A stretch of DNA of 63,559 bases, filler included, from Asterionella formosa (taxonomy: Eukaryota), in the NCBI GenBank assembly GCA_002256025.1. It is 9 parts of 9 records of this genome, joined end to end, with 100 filler letters (N's around TTAATTAATTAA, not from the genome) between each part and the next. Parts side by side here need not be neighbours in the genome. Positions count along the whole stretch, not along the records: positions 7,087 to 14,068 come from NKIB01012556.1; positions 14,169 to 21,148 come from NKIB01012557.1; positions 21,249 to 28,221 come from NKIB01012558.1; 6 more parts are not named here. The stretch is one strand, 5' to 3'. Below the pieces are notes generated by a model, which saw only the letters and a program-made list of their open reading frames with translations, made no database searches and was not told the DNA's origin. Within the stretch, counting starts at the first letter, position 1; every line of letters starts with the position of its first letter. The position numbers were made by a program, and so were the translations under genes. Shown here piece after piece: positions 10,660 through 23,186 of the stretch.

Positions 10660-13600
10660 CATGACTGATGAGAAATACAACAAAGTTGTGTATATTATTG
10701 AAAACTGGGATAATCCAGAGATATGCACGGCAACAACATCGAATTGGTTATTCACTTGTAAAAAAGTATACAGTGAGATCAACAAAAGATGTGGAAGTCA
10801 ACCTAATAAAAAGCCTCTATGTTATCAAGAGAGACAGTGTGAAAGAAGGAGATAATTTGGGGAGAAAGCTTCGTCAACACTAGGAAATGTTTGATGCCAT
10901 ATATGATGCTCACTACAGTCTTGGTCACTTGAAATCATCTGTTACGTTACATGGAGAGAGGTTAAGCATCATGTTTACAATATCACAATACAGCACGTGA
11001 ATGCATTTATCAATGTATGTCCTGTGTGCATTCATGTGCATTGTCAAATTCCGAAATCCAAGAGAGCCCGATGTCCTATCATACTACATTCTGGTGAATT
11101 CCGTGTTTGCATGCAAATTGACTTAATTGATTATTGTGCCAATGAACAACGCAATGTTTATGGTCAGGTAATGCGATGGATTATGGTTGTGAAGGATCAC
11201 TTCACTGGCTTATGCTATTTAAGAGCTATTCCAAACAAAATTGCAAAGTATGTCTGCTTTGAATTAAAGTCTTGTCTCTTTGGATTGATTGGATATCCGC
11301 ACATCTTTCACACTGATAATGGTTCTGAGTTCACAGCTGAACAAGCTGTGGGTATGTTGAAAAGGTGAAATCAAGCTAACAATACTGACAGTCACTGGTA
11401 GGCCCCGAAAGACCAGTGATCATGGTTCAGTCGAAATCATCAACAGACTTGTGAAACATGTGATGAACAGTGTACTGGCAAGTGAAGTTCAAAAGGGAAA
11501 ACTCCGTTTAAACTAGGGGACCAAGTACCTTGGAGAAGTCAATTCAATTCTGAACCGTCAATGTGGTTGGGCCAAAAATGATGTTTTTGGATATGAAACC
11601 GTTTTTGGGATTGATTTTGATCCCATTATGCCAGACACCAGAGAAAGCATCCGCAGGTGCACAACTATTGTCCAAGAGCGCATGGATGTGGCAGCTACTA
11701 GCAGTAGATTCCGTGCTGTTGTGGAATCCATGTATGACTTGACCCTTAATCCCAGTGACCCCAATGACTCTGTCACCATGAATTTGACATTGTCACTGGT
11801 TGGCAAGAATGTCTGTGACACGACCAATTTCAGTGGCTGTGACTTTTCACAACGTTTTGCTCAAATTTTGGAAGGACCAGATGTTAGCAACATTGTTCAA
11901 GCTCAATCAACAAATGATAATGAGAAAACCAATGACTATGATATCAGCAGCGGCGATGATGAAAAACCCGAGAGAAAAGAGCAGTATTTCCATGTCTACT
12001 GCCACAGCGAAGATGAAATTCTGCATCACAACAATAATCTGAGTAATCACTTGTTTCAACAGCTACAGTTAGATTGTGGCACAAACAGCTTGCTGCCGTC
12101 TTCTTCCACAGGCAGCTCAGTCAAAGGCAAAGAAAACATGCTGCAATCTCCTGCCAATTGCAACACAGAAGAAATCAGTCAAAGGCATAGACAACATGCT
12201 GCAATCTCCTGCCAATTGCAACACAGAAGAAAAGAATCCGGATGGGATTGTGTAAGCTATGAAATCATTGCAGTTACTCCACAAACAAGAAAAGGAAAAT
12301 GACAAGAAGAAGAAGAAATGCATTATCAGTGCAAGAATCATTCATTGGAATAAGTTGAAGGGTCAATTCATATTTGGGGAGGACGAAAATTCAAAAGGTT
12401 ATATCCCACACTCAATTGCATTTTATGTGTTTTTCAGGAGGATACCGTTTAATCACAGTTTGCAATGAAGCATACCACTCTAAATGTGAGAATATCAGTG
12501 TCTGGTATAAAACTGATTTTATATCAAGTTTTGCAGCACTGATTGCTCACAAGACCCATGTTGGTTTCATTCAATTTGCTTGTTCATTGTCTGTTACCGA
12601 TGGAAAAAGTAGAATCCCAAATGTGCAAGAAATTGAAGGTCAATGTAAAAATGGTTGTAAGTGTCTTTTATGGGAATGATCACTTTGCAGTGATGGAGAG
12701 CAACCTTGACACCAATGTCATTACAATTTATGATGGCCTCAATCTAGATCTTAACAACTGGTTTCACCATTTCACTAATGTGCTGAAACGGACGAAACTA
12801 ATTGTAAGGAACTCTTTGCCAACATTCCATTCCAATGGTAAAACAGAATTTGAGCCGGTTACCAATGAGGATAGCTGGATCAGTTCAAAGTCAATCATTG
12901 TAAAACAAAAAGATGGCTATTATGGTGGCCCGATTGCTTGCCTTGTCCTGGGTTCGATTTTTGAACCAGAAATTGTAAACATATCAGCTATTTTTCCACA
13001 TAATTATCGCTCCTTTGTTGTAACAATGTTCAAGGAAATGGTTAATCAATTCAACACTGAATTGATCTTACCAAGTGACCTACATGATACTGTTTCAACG
13101 ACACAGCAAGTGAATACAGGCTGAGCAAAGGGATTTTGATGATGAACTGATGCTAAATGAAATGGTAGCAAGAAAATTACGTTGTGGGAATGAGAACGGA
13201 TGTGCAAGGCATGCTATGGAAAGAGCAGTTAAAGAAACTCCCATGAAATCAAAGAAAAATGCAAGACAAAAACATGCACAATATGTTAGAGCACAAGCAA
13301 CGACAGAAGGAACAGAGGAAATTCATGAAAGGCAGACATATGCAGTCAAGGCAAAAGGCAACTATTGGGTCTATATTTACACTTATAATGGAATGCAGAG
13401 ATGTAAGCAACCCACATGGAATTCCTGCCATTGTCCTTTCCTATCTACAAATGAACTTGGATGAGGAATACAAGCAGTAACTAATCATGGAATTATATGT
13501 TCTGGAAAAGGGAGAAATGAGAAGAAATACTTTATCCCTCAAGAAAGATACATTATCCATCCAAATGAGGCAGTCATTTCACCATGATATTTAAATGAAA

Positions 13601-13832
13601 AGAGACAAGCCATGCATACTCGATGGAACTTTTGCTTGTGAAAATTATAGAAAAATGAGTATGCAGCAAGCTCATGCTTGTGTTATCCTTGAGATAGCAA
13701 GTCAACGCGAAGGTGTTGGTGTCTGAAAGAATACACAAATGCTTGTGGATGCTTTAAGGAAAAGCATCATGGTTGCAGTGTGTCTTGCAAATGTTCTGCA
13801 AAATGGATGAACAAATTCAATAAACAATTATA
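10660..13832 (+). pseudogene. Ginger-like (RT-less) integrase with Ulp1/C48 protease and Cys-rich tail, decayed
   Basis: HHCC (DAHYSLGH...CPVC); integrase core QIDLIDY...KDHFTG...HTDNGSEF...GRP...GSVE; then GNDHFAV...YDGL...KQKDGYYGGPIAC (Ulp1-like); Cys cluster near 13715-13800; no RT found. Confidence 0.75.
12118..12232 (+). repeat. 58-bp tandem duplication inside the Ginger-like element
   Basis: cagtcaaaggca...acatgctgcaatctcctgccaattgcaacacagaagaaa, two copies. Confidence 0.85.
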
Positions 13833-14596
13833 AATCATTATTAGGTAAAAATGCTTTTTCATAAGATTTTTTGTCATATAAAAATCTGGTGAAACAGCAT
13901 TGTAGTAATGGAAAGGAAACTGTGGTGAACAGAGCAATTGGTGTGTACTAGGTACTCCTGGTAATGCCTTATGTTACATTGGTATTATGCAAACTAGCAC
14001 TACCAGTGTACGTACCGTAGGCCTATTGGAACCACCCCTATGCCAGGGGGTTATGATGGTGATTTTCTNNNNNNNNNNNNNNNNNNNNNNNNNNNNNNNN
14101 NNNNNNNNNNNNTTAATTAATTAANNNNNNNNNNNNNNNNNNNNNNNNNNNNNNNNNNNNNNNNNNNNGAGACATGCAATGCTCAACGATGCTCAACAAG
14201 TACCAACGGTGCTTTATTTCCAATCTGGCAGGCTATTGTAATCTCTACAATCAACAATGACTTAATTATGTGTCTACAACATCAACTACTACTACTACGT
14301 GTGCTGAATTCTACAGTGTGAATCTTCCTCTTGCATGTGTTATTCTTTGCCAGTTCAGATCAAAGTGATATGTCGGAGCGGAAAAAATAATAAGTGAATC
14401 GGAATTGGCGACTCTTTCGTTCATTATATGGTGAAAGCAGCATAATATTGCGGCAGAGCAGCATAATTTCGCTTTTAAACTGTTGCGATGGCTAGTTGGT
14501 CAACATATATTGTCACGAACACACATAATTATTGGTGTGATCACATAATTATTCGATAAGTGAAATAAATTTTTGTTTAAACCGAATAAATTAGGG

Positions 14597-14694
14597 AAAA
14601 AGTAGCATAATATTTCAAAAAAGTAACATAATATTTTAGAAAAGTAACATAATATTTTAAAAAAGTAACATAATATTTTAAAAAAGTAGCATAA
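14597..14694. repeat. 21-bp minisatellite, ~4.5 copies
   Basis: Unit aaaagta(a/g)cataatatttt(a)a; explains the LCYFFKI repeat in the minus-strand ORF. Confidence 0.85.
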
Positions 14695-14740
14695 ATACGT
14701 CACTTTACACATAAATTCGAAAAAGTGCCGTAAACGGCGT

Positions 14741-17700
14741 CTTAGATGCTCTCTCTTGTCTGCACCTGTGACGTTGCGGCTCTTGTCAGCAGTGCAAACC
14801 AGCACTGGTCTCAACAATCAACCATCCAGCACCGCTTGCCCATTCGCTGTCCCTGTCTCCCAGGCCTTCTTCCACCATGACGACTCCAATCGTTTCCGAT
14901 GTTTTCCCGTTCCTTCATCCGCTCTTGATGCCGATCGAGGGCAAATGATGCCGATCGAGGGCAAACCTACAGCCTTCACTGTAACCCGCCTTCGCAAGGA
15001 ACTCTTTGCCAACGCTCGCTCTGTCCACTGTACCAGTGGTGGTGGTGCCAATGGTTTCCTTGGTATTGTCATGGCTACTGCTCCTTATCTTTTACGTGCT
15101 GGTGAACTCTTTTTACCGCCCGAACATCCCGGCATCCAGCCGCCCCACAGTGCTACTGCAACACAGTCCCAAATCACTGCTGCCAACCGTCTCTTTGACA
15201 CCTCCCTTGACGCATTCCACTGTTACTCCCAAATCCGTGAAATTCTCCAACAACAAATTCTAACAGCCATTGACCCAACTTACTACAACGTTCTGGAAGA
15301 TGCTACATTTGGATATGCAGACATCACTGTTTTGACCTTGGTTGCTCACTTAGAATCTACATATGCAACATTGAGTGCAGATGATTTAGAACTCAATCGC
15401 ATGCGCTTGGCTGATGCTTGGACACCAGAGGAACCTATTGAGCATTTATGGATCCGCATCAAACATCTTCGTGCCATTGCCGATGCTGGTGGGGAACCTT
15501 TCTCTGACAGTACTGTCATGCAATTGACTCTTTCTGCTTTAGAACAGGCTGGTGTATATTCTCATAGCATTCAAACTTGGCGTGATTGCGCTGAGATGGA
15601 CCGTACATGGGTTAATTTTTGCCCGCTTTTCATGCATGCTGATAAGGAACGATTGCGCCTTGCCACCGCCACCACCGCCGGTTATCATGGTGCACATGCT
15701 GCCATTCAAACCAGTGGCCCTCCCCCATTGCCAGGAATTGCTGCAGCTACTCGTGCTGTCCCTTCTGGATACACTTACAACAATGTCCAATTAGGCTATT
15801 GTTGGACTCATGGTCTTACCAAAAACCCTGACCATACCAGTGCAACTTGCAATCATCCAGCTTCTGGCCATCAACTCAATGTCACCCTTGAACGACGTCT
15901 GGGTAGCAGCGTCCGTATTTTCAGTGATGGTACCTGTCCCCCCCCCGGCCACCCCGTGTTTCACCGCCACCTTCACCACTTGCTTGATGTGGAGGGGAGC
16001 AAGTTGCTGTCGATAATACTATTAACACAAACTTATCTCCCATCACTTGTACCCCCGTCACACTCATTGCTGATTCTGGTAGTTCTGGCAATTACGCCAC
16101 TGTTGATTTACCTGTCATCAACAAATGACCTACCACCAACCCTATCACCATTCAATTTCCTAACGGCACCCATTTGAAATCTACACATGAGGCCGAATTA
16201 TCTTTACCTATGCTATTACCTGCTGATCGTCATGTACACATTGTCCCTGGTCTGCACAATTGCTCTTTATTGAGCATTGGACAACTATGTGACTCTGGCT
16301 ACGAGGTACTCTTCACCAAACTGCACATGTCTGTCTTATCCGATGGTCATTGCATCCTTCAGGGCCATCGCTCCACCACCACTCGATTATGGCATGTCAC
16401 CACCGATCGCTCCACCACCACTCGATTATGGTATGTTACCACCACCACTATTGATCCACCATTGCCTACCCCTACCCACTACGCTGCTACCGCCATTGGC
16501 AGTCCCAATACACCAGCCCTTGTTGCCTTTGCCCATGCGGCCCTCTTTTCTCCTGTTATCTCTACTTTGGAAAGCGCATTACTCCATGGGTATCTTGTCA
16601 ATTTTCCAGGTCTAACCTGAATTACACTACGCAAACATTCCCCTCATTCCATCGCAACCATCAAAGGCCACCTCGATCAAACACGTCAAAACGTACAATC
16701 CACACGTGTGCCCCCAACTATCATTGAGCCTGAACTTGCATCCATTCCTACCAATGTGCTGGGTGATGCTGATTTCCACCCTGAGGGTCTTGCAACCCCT
16801 ACCCATATGTGTTTTGCGTCCATTATTGCACCCACCGGCCAAATTTACACTGATCAAACCGGAAAATTCATCCTCCCCTCCAGCACTGGAAACAACTACA
16901 TTATGATTTTATATGATTATGACAGCAACTATATTTTCGTTCAGCCCTTTCATAACCGAACCGCTTTCTGCCTCCTTGCAGCATATAAAACCTTACATCA
17001 ACGTTTGTGCAAAGCTGGCCTACGCCCCCAACTTCAATGCCTAGACAAAAAGTGTTCTACACTCCTCAAAGAGTTCTTGGACGAAGAAGCTATTGACTTT
17101 CAGTTGGTCCCGCTGGCTGCCCATTGTCGCAATGCTGCTGAACGTGCAATTCGCACCTTTCAAAACCATTTCATTGCCGGTCTATGCAGTGTCGACAAAA
17201 ACTTTCCTCTCCACTTGTGGGACCAACTATTAGTTCAAGCTGAACTTACTCTTAATCTCCTCCGTGGCTCACGCATCAACCCCAAACTGTCTGCTTGGGC
17301 ACAGGTCAATGGAACATACTATGGCTGATTACAACCGTGTCCCAAGAGCCGTCGTTGCCATAAAAACACACCACGTGCTGCACCACATGCCAGCCGTCCC
17401 CACACCCAATCTTTGCTTGCCAACTGTGCTCTCTCCGCCCCTCCTCAAACCAGTGCTACTCCCCTGGCCACTAATTTTTGTTTCCATGGCACCGCTATCA
17501 ACCCTGACAATGGCAAAATTGCAGGATACAGAGAATTATTGACTTGCAGCACTGCTCCCCTGTGGGCCACTGCTAACGGCTTAGAAATTGGCCGGTTATT
17601 TCAGGGCTTGGGACCCCATTCTGACATGCCCACGGGTACTAATTGCTGTTTTTTCATTCATAAGCATGAGATACCCTCACAAAAATGCGCCACTTACATC

Positions 17701-19283
17701 CGCATTGTGTGTGCCGATCGACCCGAAAAAACCATTCCCCAACGCGTTCGTTGGACTGCTGGGGGTGATTGTGTCATTTAGGACTACACTGGCAATCTCA
17801 GCACCAAGACTGCTGATCTCACTACTGCAAAATGTTTGTTCAACAGCACCATCAGTACCCCCAATGGCCGCTTCATGACTCTGGATTTATCTGATTTTTA
17901 TCTGGAAAGTTATGTTGCCCCTGCCAAGTATGAATATGTGAGCATCCCTAAATGGATGATCCCCCTAAACATTCAAGTCCTCTACAACCTAGCTCCCAAA
18001 ATCATTGATGGGCACATCTATGCCGAAATCCGTTGTGGCATGTATGGGCTGCCTCAGGCTGGTAAACTTGCCCATGACCAACTTGCTCAGTTCTTGCTCC
18101 CACATCATTACCTCCCCTGCCCAGTCACCCCTGGCTTATGGATGGATACCACCAGTGATCTCATGTTTACGCTTGTTGTTGATGATTTTGGTGTACGTTA
18201 CACCAAACGTAGTGATGTGGACCATCTCCTCACAACTTTATGTACCAAATACCGTCTCACAACTGATTGGACTGGCTCTCGTTACATTGGCCTTACGCTG
18301 ACGTGGGACTACGAACATCACACCGTTGACCTCACTATGCCTGGGTACATTGTTTGTGCTCTACACCGATTCACGCACTCCACCCCAACACATCCACAAC
18401 ATGCCCCCCATGCCTGGACTGCCCCTAGTTATGGTGCTCGCCAGCAATTTGTTGTTTCTGATGTCACTCCTGTCCTTGACCTCCATAATACAACACGTGT
18501 GCAAGAGATTCTTGGTACTTTATTGTATTATGCCCATGCTATTGACTGTACTATGTTGCCAGCCCTTGGTACATTGGCTACACAACAAGCCACCCCCACT
18601 GTGGCTACCTTGACTGCCATTACTCACCTTCTCAATTATTGTGCCACTCATCCTGAGGCACCCTTCGCTTTACTGCCAGTGACATGGTCCTTCATGTTGA
18701 AAGCAATGCCTCCTATCTCTCTGAAACGCGCGGTCACTCCCGCGCTGTCGGCATTCACTTTCTCAGCTGTAAACCCTTGTCTCCGCCTAGCCTCACTACG
18801 TCCATCCCTCCTCTTAACGGTGCTATTTACGTACACTGTCAAATTCTTAAGGAGGTTGTATCAAGTGCTGCTGAGGCCGAATTAGCTGCTTTGTTCCACA
18901 ATGGCAGAGAGGCATATGCTATTCGCAACATTCTTGTTGAGCTTGGTCATCCCAAAAATACCCATATTGTCACCGATAATAGCACTGCCAGTGGCATCAC
19001 CAATGATACCATCCACCAAAAACACTCCAAAGCTATGGATATGCGTTATTACTGGGTACGCGATGCCAATTTCTTGTATACTGGAAAAAAGGTAGTTTGA
19101 ATCGCGCTGATTATTTCACTAAACATCATCCCGCTTCCCATCACATGTTGATGCGCCCGCACTATCTCCATTGCCCTCCATCCCTCCCTAGTCCTCCTAA
19201 CTATTATGCGTGCTTGGCTTCCGATGCTGATATCATCTCCACCCCAGCTCCTGTTCATTTGCCTGAATCTGTTGGTGAGGGTG
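14741..19283 (+). mobile_element. Ty1/copia (CoDi-like) LTR retrotransposon internal region, degenerate: gag-PR-IN-RT-RH
   Basis: Gag with YCWTHG...H.S.TC..P..GH knuckle; protease IADSGS; integrase YTDQTGKF, YDYDSNYI, RNAAERAIRTF; RT MYGLPQAG and LVVDDFG; RH SSAAEAELAALF.NG, TDNSTA, N.ADYFTKHH; frameshifts and stops; PPT ggtgagggtg at 19274-19283; no 5' LTR recognised. Confidence 0.95.
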
Positions 19284-19450
19284 TGTTAATATCTGCATAT
19301 GATGCTCCATACATGCGCTGTACGAACCATACCGGTGCAGCCACCAGATTAGGTACATGCTTGAGTGCTAACAACGATGTACTTGGAACAACAATAGAAT
19401 AGTCATAATATTGTAGTTCACCTTTATTCACGACAAGGTTCCGCTCAACA
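19284..19450 (+). mobile_element. Putative 3' LTR of this copia (end uncertain)
   Basis: TGTTAATATC directly after the PPT; candidate end ...CTCAACA at 19450, immediately before the tandem array. Confidence 0.55.
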
Positions 19451-19810
19451 CATCGTACCAAAATATTTAGATATCCTGGTCGTACCGTTATGTCTGAACA
19501 TATGTCTACCACTCACTTTACATCGTACCAAAATATTTAGATATCCTGGTCGTACCGTTATGTCTGAACATATGTCTACCACTAACTGTACATAGTACCA
19601 AAATATTTAGATACCTATCCTGGTCGTACTGTTATGTCTGAACATATGTCTACCACTAACTTTACATCGTACCAAAATATTTAGATACCTATCCTGGTCG
19701 TACCGTTATGTCTGAACATATGTCTACCACTAACTTTACATCGTAACAAAATATTTAGATATCCTGGTCGTACCATTATGTCTGAACATATGTCTACCAG
19801 TAATTATACA
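19450..19810. repeat. Tandem array, five units of 70-74 bp
   Basis: Unit catcgtaccaaaatatttagata(ccta)tcctggtcgtaccgttatgtctgaacatatgtctaccactaacttta, starting at 19451, 19521, 19591, 19665 and 19739. Confidence 0.95.
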
Positions 19811-20915
19811 ATCGGCTTTTGTTCTTTACGTGTTGCTGTGTTAAAGTATTACCTTTTTGTATAGATCTATATCGTTAGACAAAGAAGACTATAGATAGAG
19901 ACGTTCGTTTCTCTTTCCGTTTCTATATTCTTATTGTGAGTTTACTAATCTAGTTTAGGTTGTTCTGTTTGAACAAAACAAACGAACTATTCTCCAAATG
20001 CTGTTTGCATTTCTAGGAACATACAATCATAGATAGACCCATGTCTATCTCACACTTACTGATCATAGGTATTTAACCATGATCATTCATTTCAAACTAT
20101 CGGTCTTCCGAAATAGCTTATGTTGTCCGGCTCATTATAGTCGGAGTAGCAAAGTATAATGTGTGGTTGATGAGAGCTTGGTACATCAAAGTGGACTCAT
20201 TCGAATCGTTTGACTCGTTTGACTCCGAGTCCTAACTACGTAGATGAGCTCACTTTAACATTGCTGATCCTCGATTCCTCAAGAAAACACCTTACTACCT
20301 GGTACCTGGTACTTGTATCTGTCGCATTGCTCACATTAACTCTCATCACGACTAATTCTCCTATCAAACAGGCGATGGGGAGAATACTGAACCTAATGTT
20401 GCAATTAGCGCTATCGAAGGGTACCACATAAAAGAAGTAATCACAAAGCAATATCCAACACAACTTGTTGGATGGGAAAAACTCGACATATTCCAGACAA
20501 GGATTACCCACTCAAGGATGACCAAAATGCACGCTGGTCATACAGGCCGCTAGTACCAGGCGCCTGCATGTCACAAGACAGACCTCGCAGGAATACACCT
20601 AACGGTTTCCCCGTTGAGCATAGGCCTGAGACACCCTGACATATATACCCAGAATTTACCAGTCCCCCCACGGTGGTAACCATGGCTGCCAGATGCCACC
20701 GTGAAAACGCTCCTCCATTGCAACAATAACGACCGGTTCTGCCAGTGATCTTCATCACTCAGTCCATTTTGGGCTGTACCATGTATTCCGATTCGCAACC
20801 CACTGTCTTCCTATTCCGTTTTGGAAAAGAACAGTAGTCATTGAACCTTGTTCTGTATCAAACATCACTTAATATCGCTCTCAAGCAATGTTCTAATAGA
20901 TATAACAGAAACAAT

Positions 20916-21148
20916 TTAATATAAAACACTCCTGGCAAAATGATAAAACGGCACCCCAGTGAGTATTTTCGTTAGACCATCAGAGCAGTTAGCCTTACCA
21001 GGTTCATGTGCAACACGCGCCGATCCGCATGCACAAGCCTCACGACACTTGTGATAAGCAATCGCATTATGCCTTTTATTTAACGTTGACTCAGGCCTAG
21101 TCACATTCTTTACCACACTTGCGTTGTCTCCAAACACATTTGCGGCAC
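20916..21148 (-). mobile_element. RNase H end of a second, different copia lineage (contig-truncated)
   Basis: FGDNASVV.N.T.PESTL.KRHNAIAYH.CRE, N.SDGLTK; PPT-like gtggggggact on the minus strand near 20660. Confidence 0.9.
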
Positions 21149-21248
21149 NNNNNNNNNNNNNNNNNNNNNNNNNNNNNNNNNNNNNNNNNNNNTTAATTAA
21201 TTAANNNNNNNNNNNNNNNNNNNNNNNNNNNNNNNNNNNNNNNNNNNN

Positions 21249-22015
21249 TGCACATAACATATTTTTCGGAAAATACCTCGAGGCACCCAATTGTTGGCTG
21301 CAAATCACGTCACTTACCTTTGGAACTTTCACCTCTTGTAAGAACGGTGGAAATGTGGTTCGGAGAAAAATGCCTTTTGTGTCTCCTAATCCAATCGCAT
21401 TCAGAAGTGATCCATCGATAGGCAAACTGGAATTGTCGTTGAGTACCACAGGCTTTATTGTATCAACGGGGTTGGCCAATATCAGCAAAGTGAAATCATT
21501 TTGTGGGTCTGCCGTGTCATTATAGTTTGGATGGCGAAGGTACGAAAGGCCGTCAATGGCTTTGACCGAACGGTACACGTGGCCATCGTAAATTCTTTCT
21601 CTGGAGTACGCGTTCACGATGACGTCGTAGTAGTTAAAGCCTCCACAGTGGCCTTGTTGAAAAAGAGGGTTCTGTCTTTTGAGTAAAAAAGTAAAAGGAA
21701 TGAAAAACGATCCACCATTGGTATGCACATCCCTAACGTACCTGCAGTCAAGATGACATCAGTGTGAATCAAGGATCCACCACAGAAAGGGTACGAATAA
21801 CCATTGATGTAAATGCTGGCAAAGTATGGATATGCGCTTCGGGTCGCCTGTTGACCACCAACGATGCGACTCTGTGTTAACCTCTGGTTGTTGGCATTTA
21901 GTTCTGATGCAGACTTTACTCCATCAAGGACGCTCGCAATATCAGGAGTGACCTCAAATGCCAACAGAATAGGCAAGAGCCTAAACCAAAGTAGCAGGAA
22001 GAAGGGACTATACAT
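21249..22015 (-). CDS. Secreted trypsin-like (S1) serine protease, 3'-truncated; intron at 21653-21741
   Basis: Signal peptide, RIVGG, FCGGSLIH..VILTA|GHC after splicing a GT-AG intron, NDF, NMLCA; the catalytic Ser lies beyond the contig end. Confidence 0.92.
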
Positions 22016-22369
22016 CGCTGATCGTTGACTTTGAAAGTATGGAAAATATAGTGATTGTTTCAAATGCCATTGCTAGCTTCAAATAAATAATACGTATCAT
22101 TACTCGAGAGAATTTGGCGTGGGTCATTTCATTTTTATTTTTGACAAGACTCATCCTCAAATTAGTGCCTCATATCATGCCCCATGCCCCATGCCCCATC
22201 CCCCATGCGAGCTATACTAACGCACCGGTACGTACTGGTACCTTTTACCTGGCTTGGGAGGCGCGAGTAGGTTGACCGAACGAGTGGCGCCGGCAGGATC
22301 TATATATCCACCCTTTGCATCATGAGCTGCTTGCTCCATCATTGTGGTCCCACCCGGGATTACATGCAA

Positions 22370-22458
22370 CTGCAAGTTGCGGTAATTTTAATCAACTAAA
22401 GATTTAGCTTTATTTATCCCAGATTAAATTGTTGATTTAAGCAAATTGACCGCAACTT
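22370..22458. mobile_element. Second copy of the ~93-bp micro-MITE
   Basis: ctgcaagttgcggtaattt...aaagatttagc...ttatcccagattaaa...gcaaattgaccgcaactt. Confidence 0.7.
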
Positions 22459-22846
22459 AATTATCAATCGTTCGAAATCCAAGAACATTGATCTCGGACG
22501 GTACCTGGTACCAGGTACCAGCATCACAGCTATGCCGATACTTACCAGTTGCAGACACAAATCTACTACTCAAAAGAGTACCTGAACCGTATTCTACAAA
22601 GATATAACAAAATTTGTAGTCCTGTGTACATACCACAATGAACCAATTTTGTCGGCTGTAACAGCTATCTATTCGGCGATAGCCGGAATTATGAAATCGC
22701 CCTTGTACGAAGTGCTCAGTATGCCATTTAGATAATGAGTGATAAAATCGACTCCGAGGGAATGAAAGAATACCGGTATTTCACTTGAATCATTTTCGTC
22801 CAAATCATAACTAGTGTCTATTATGATTCGTTTCAAGCCGGTTTCT

Positions 22847-22964
22847 TAAGTATTCTCAAGCACGTCTTGATTTGCTTCGTTGGGTCGGTTTGTGCCAACT
22901 TTCAGATTCATAAGTATTCTTAAGCACATCTTGATTTGCTTCCTCGGGTCGGTTGGTGCAACTT
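22847..22964. repeat. ~64-bp tandem duplication
   Basis: taagtattct(c/t)aagcac(g/a)tcttgatttgcttc...gggtcggtt, two copies. Confidence 0.8.
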
Positions 22965-23186
22965 GATCACATAGGTTAAAAAAATTGATAAGGTTTTGTC
23001 AAGGCAGCTTTGGACAAGACTTTGTTCGGTTGTTCGTGCGGTTTGCAAGAATAAGTGTGTGTACATATCCTGCCAATTTTAGCGACACTGCGCAGCCAAA
23101 GGGATAACTAAAATGGACAAGTGCGTCTAAGAAAACTCATACATTTACTTCTCGATATATCTAGATTCCTATTATTTATATACATA

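Noticed and set aside
19450..19810. CRISPR-like array next to a reverse transcriptase
   Set aside because: Head-to-tail identical units without unique spacers, no cas genes, and an LTR context.
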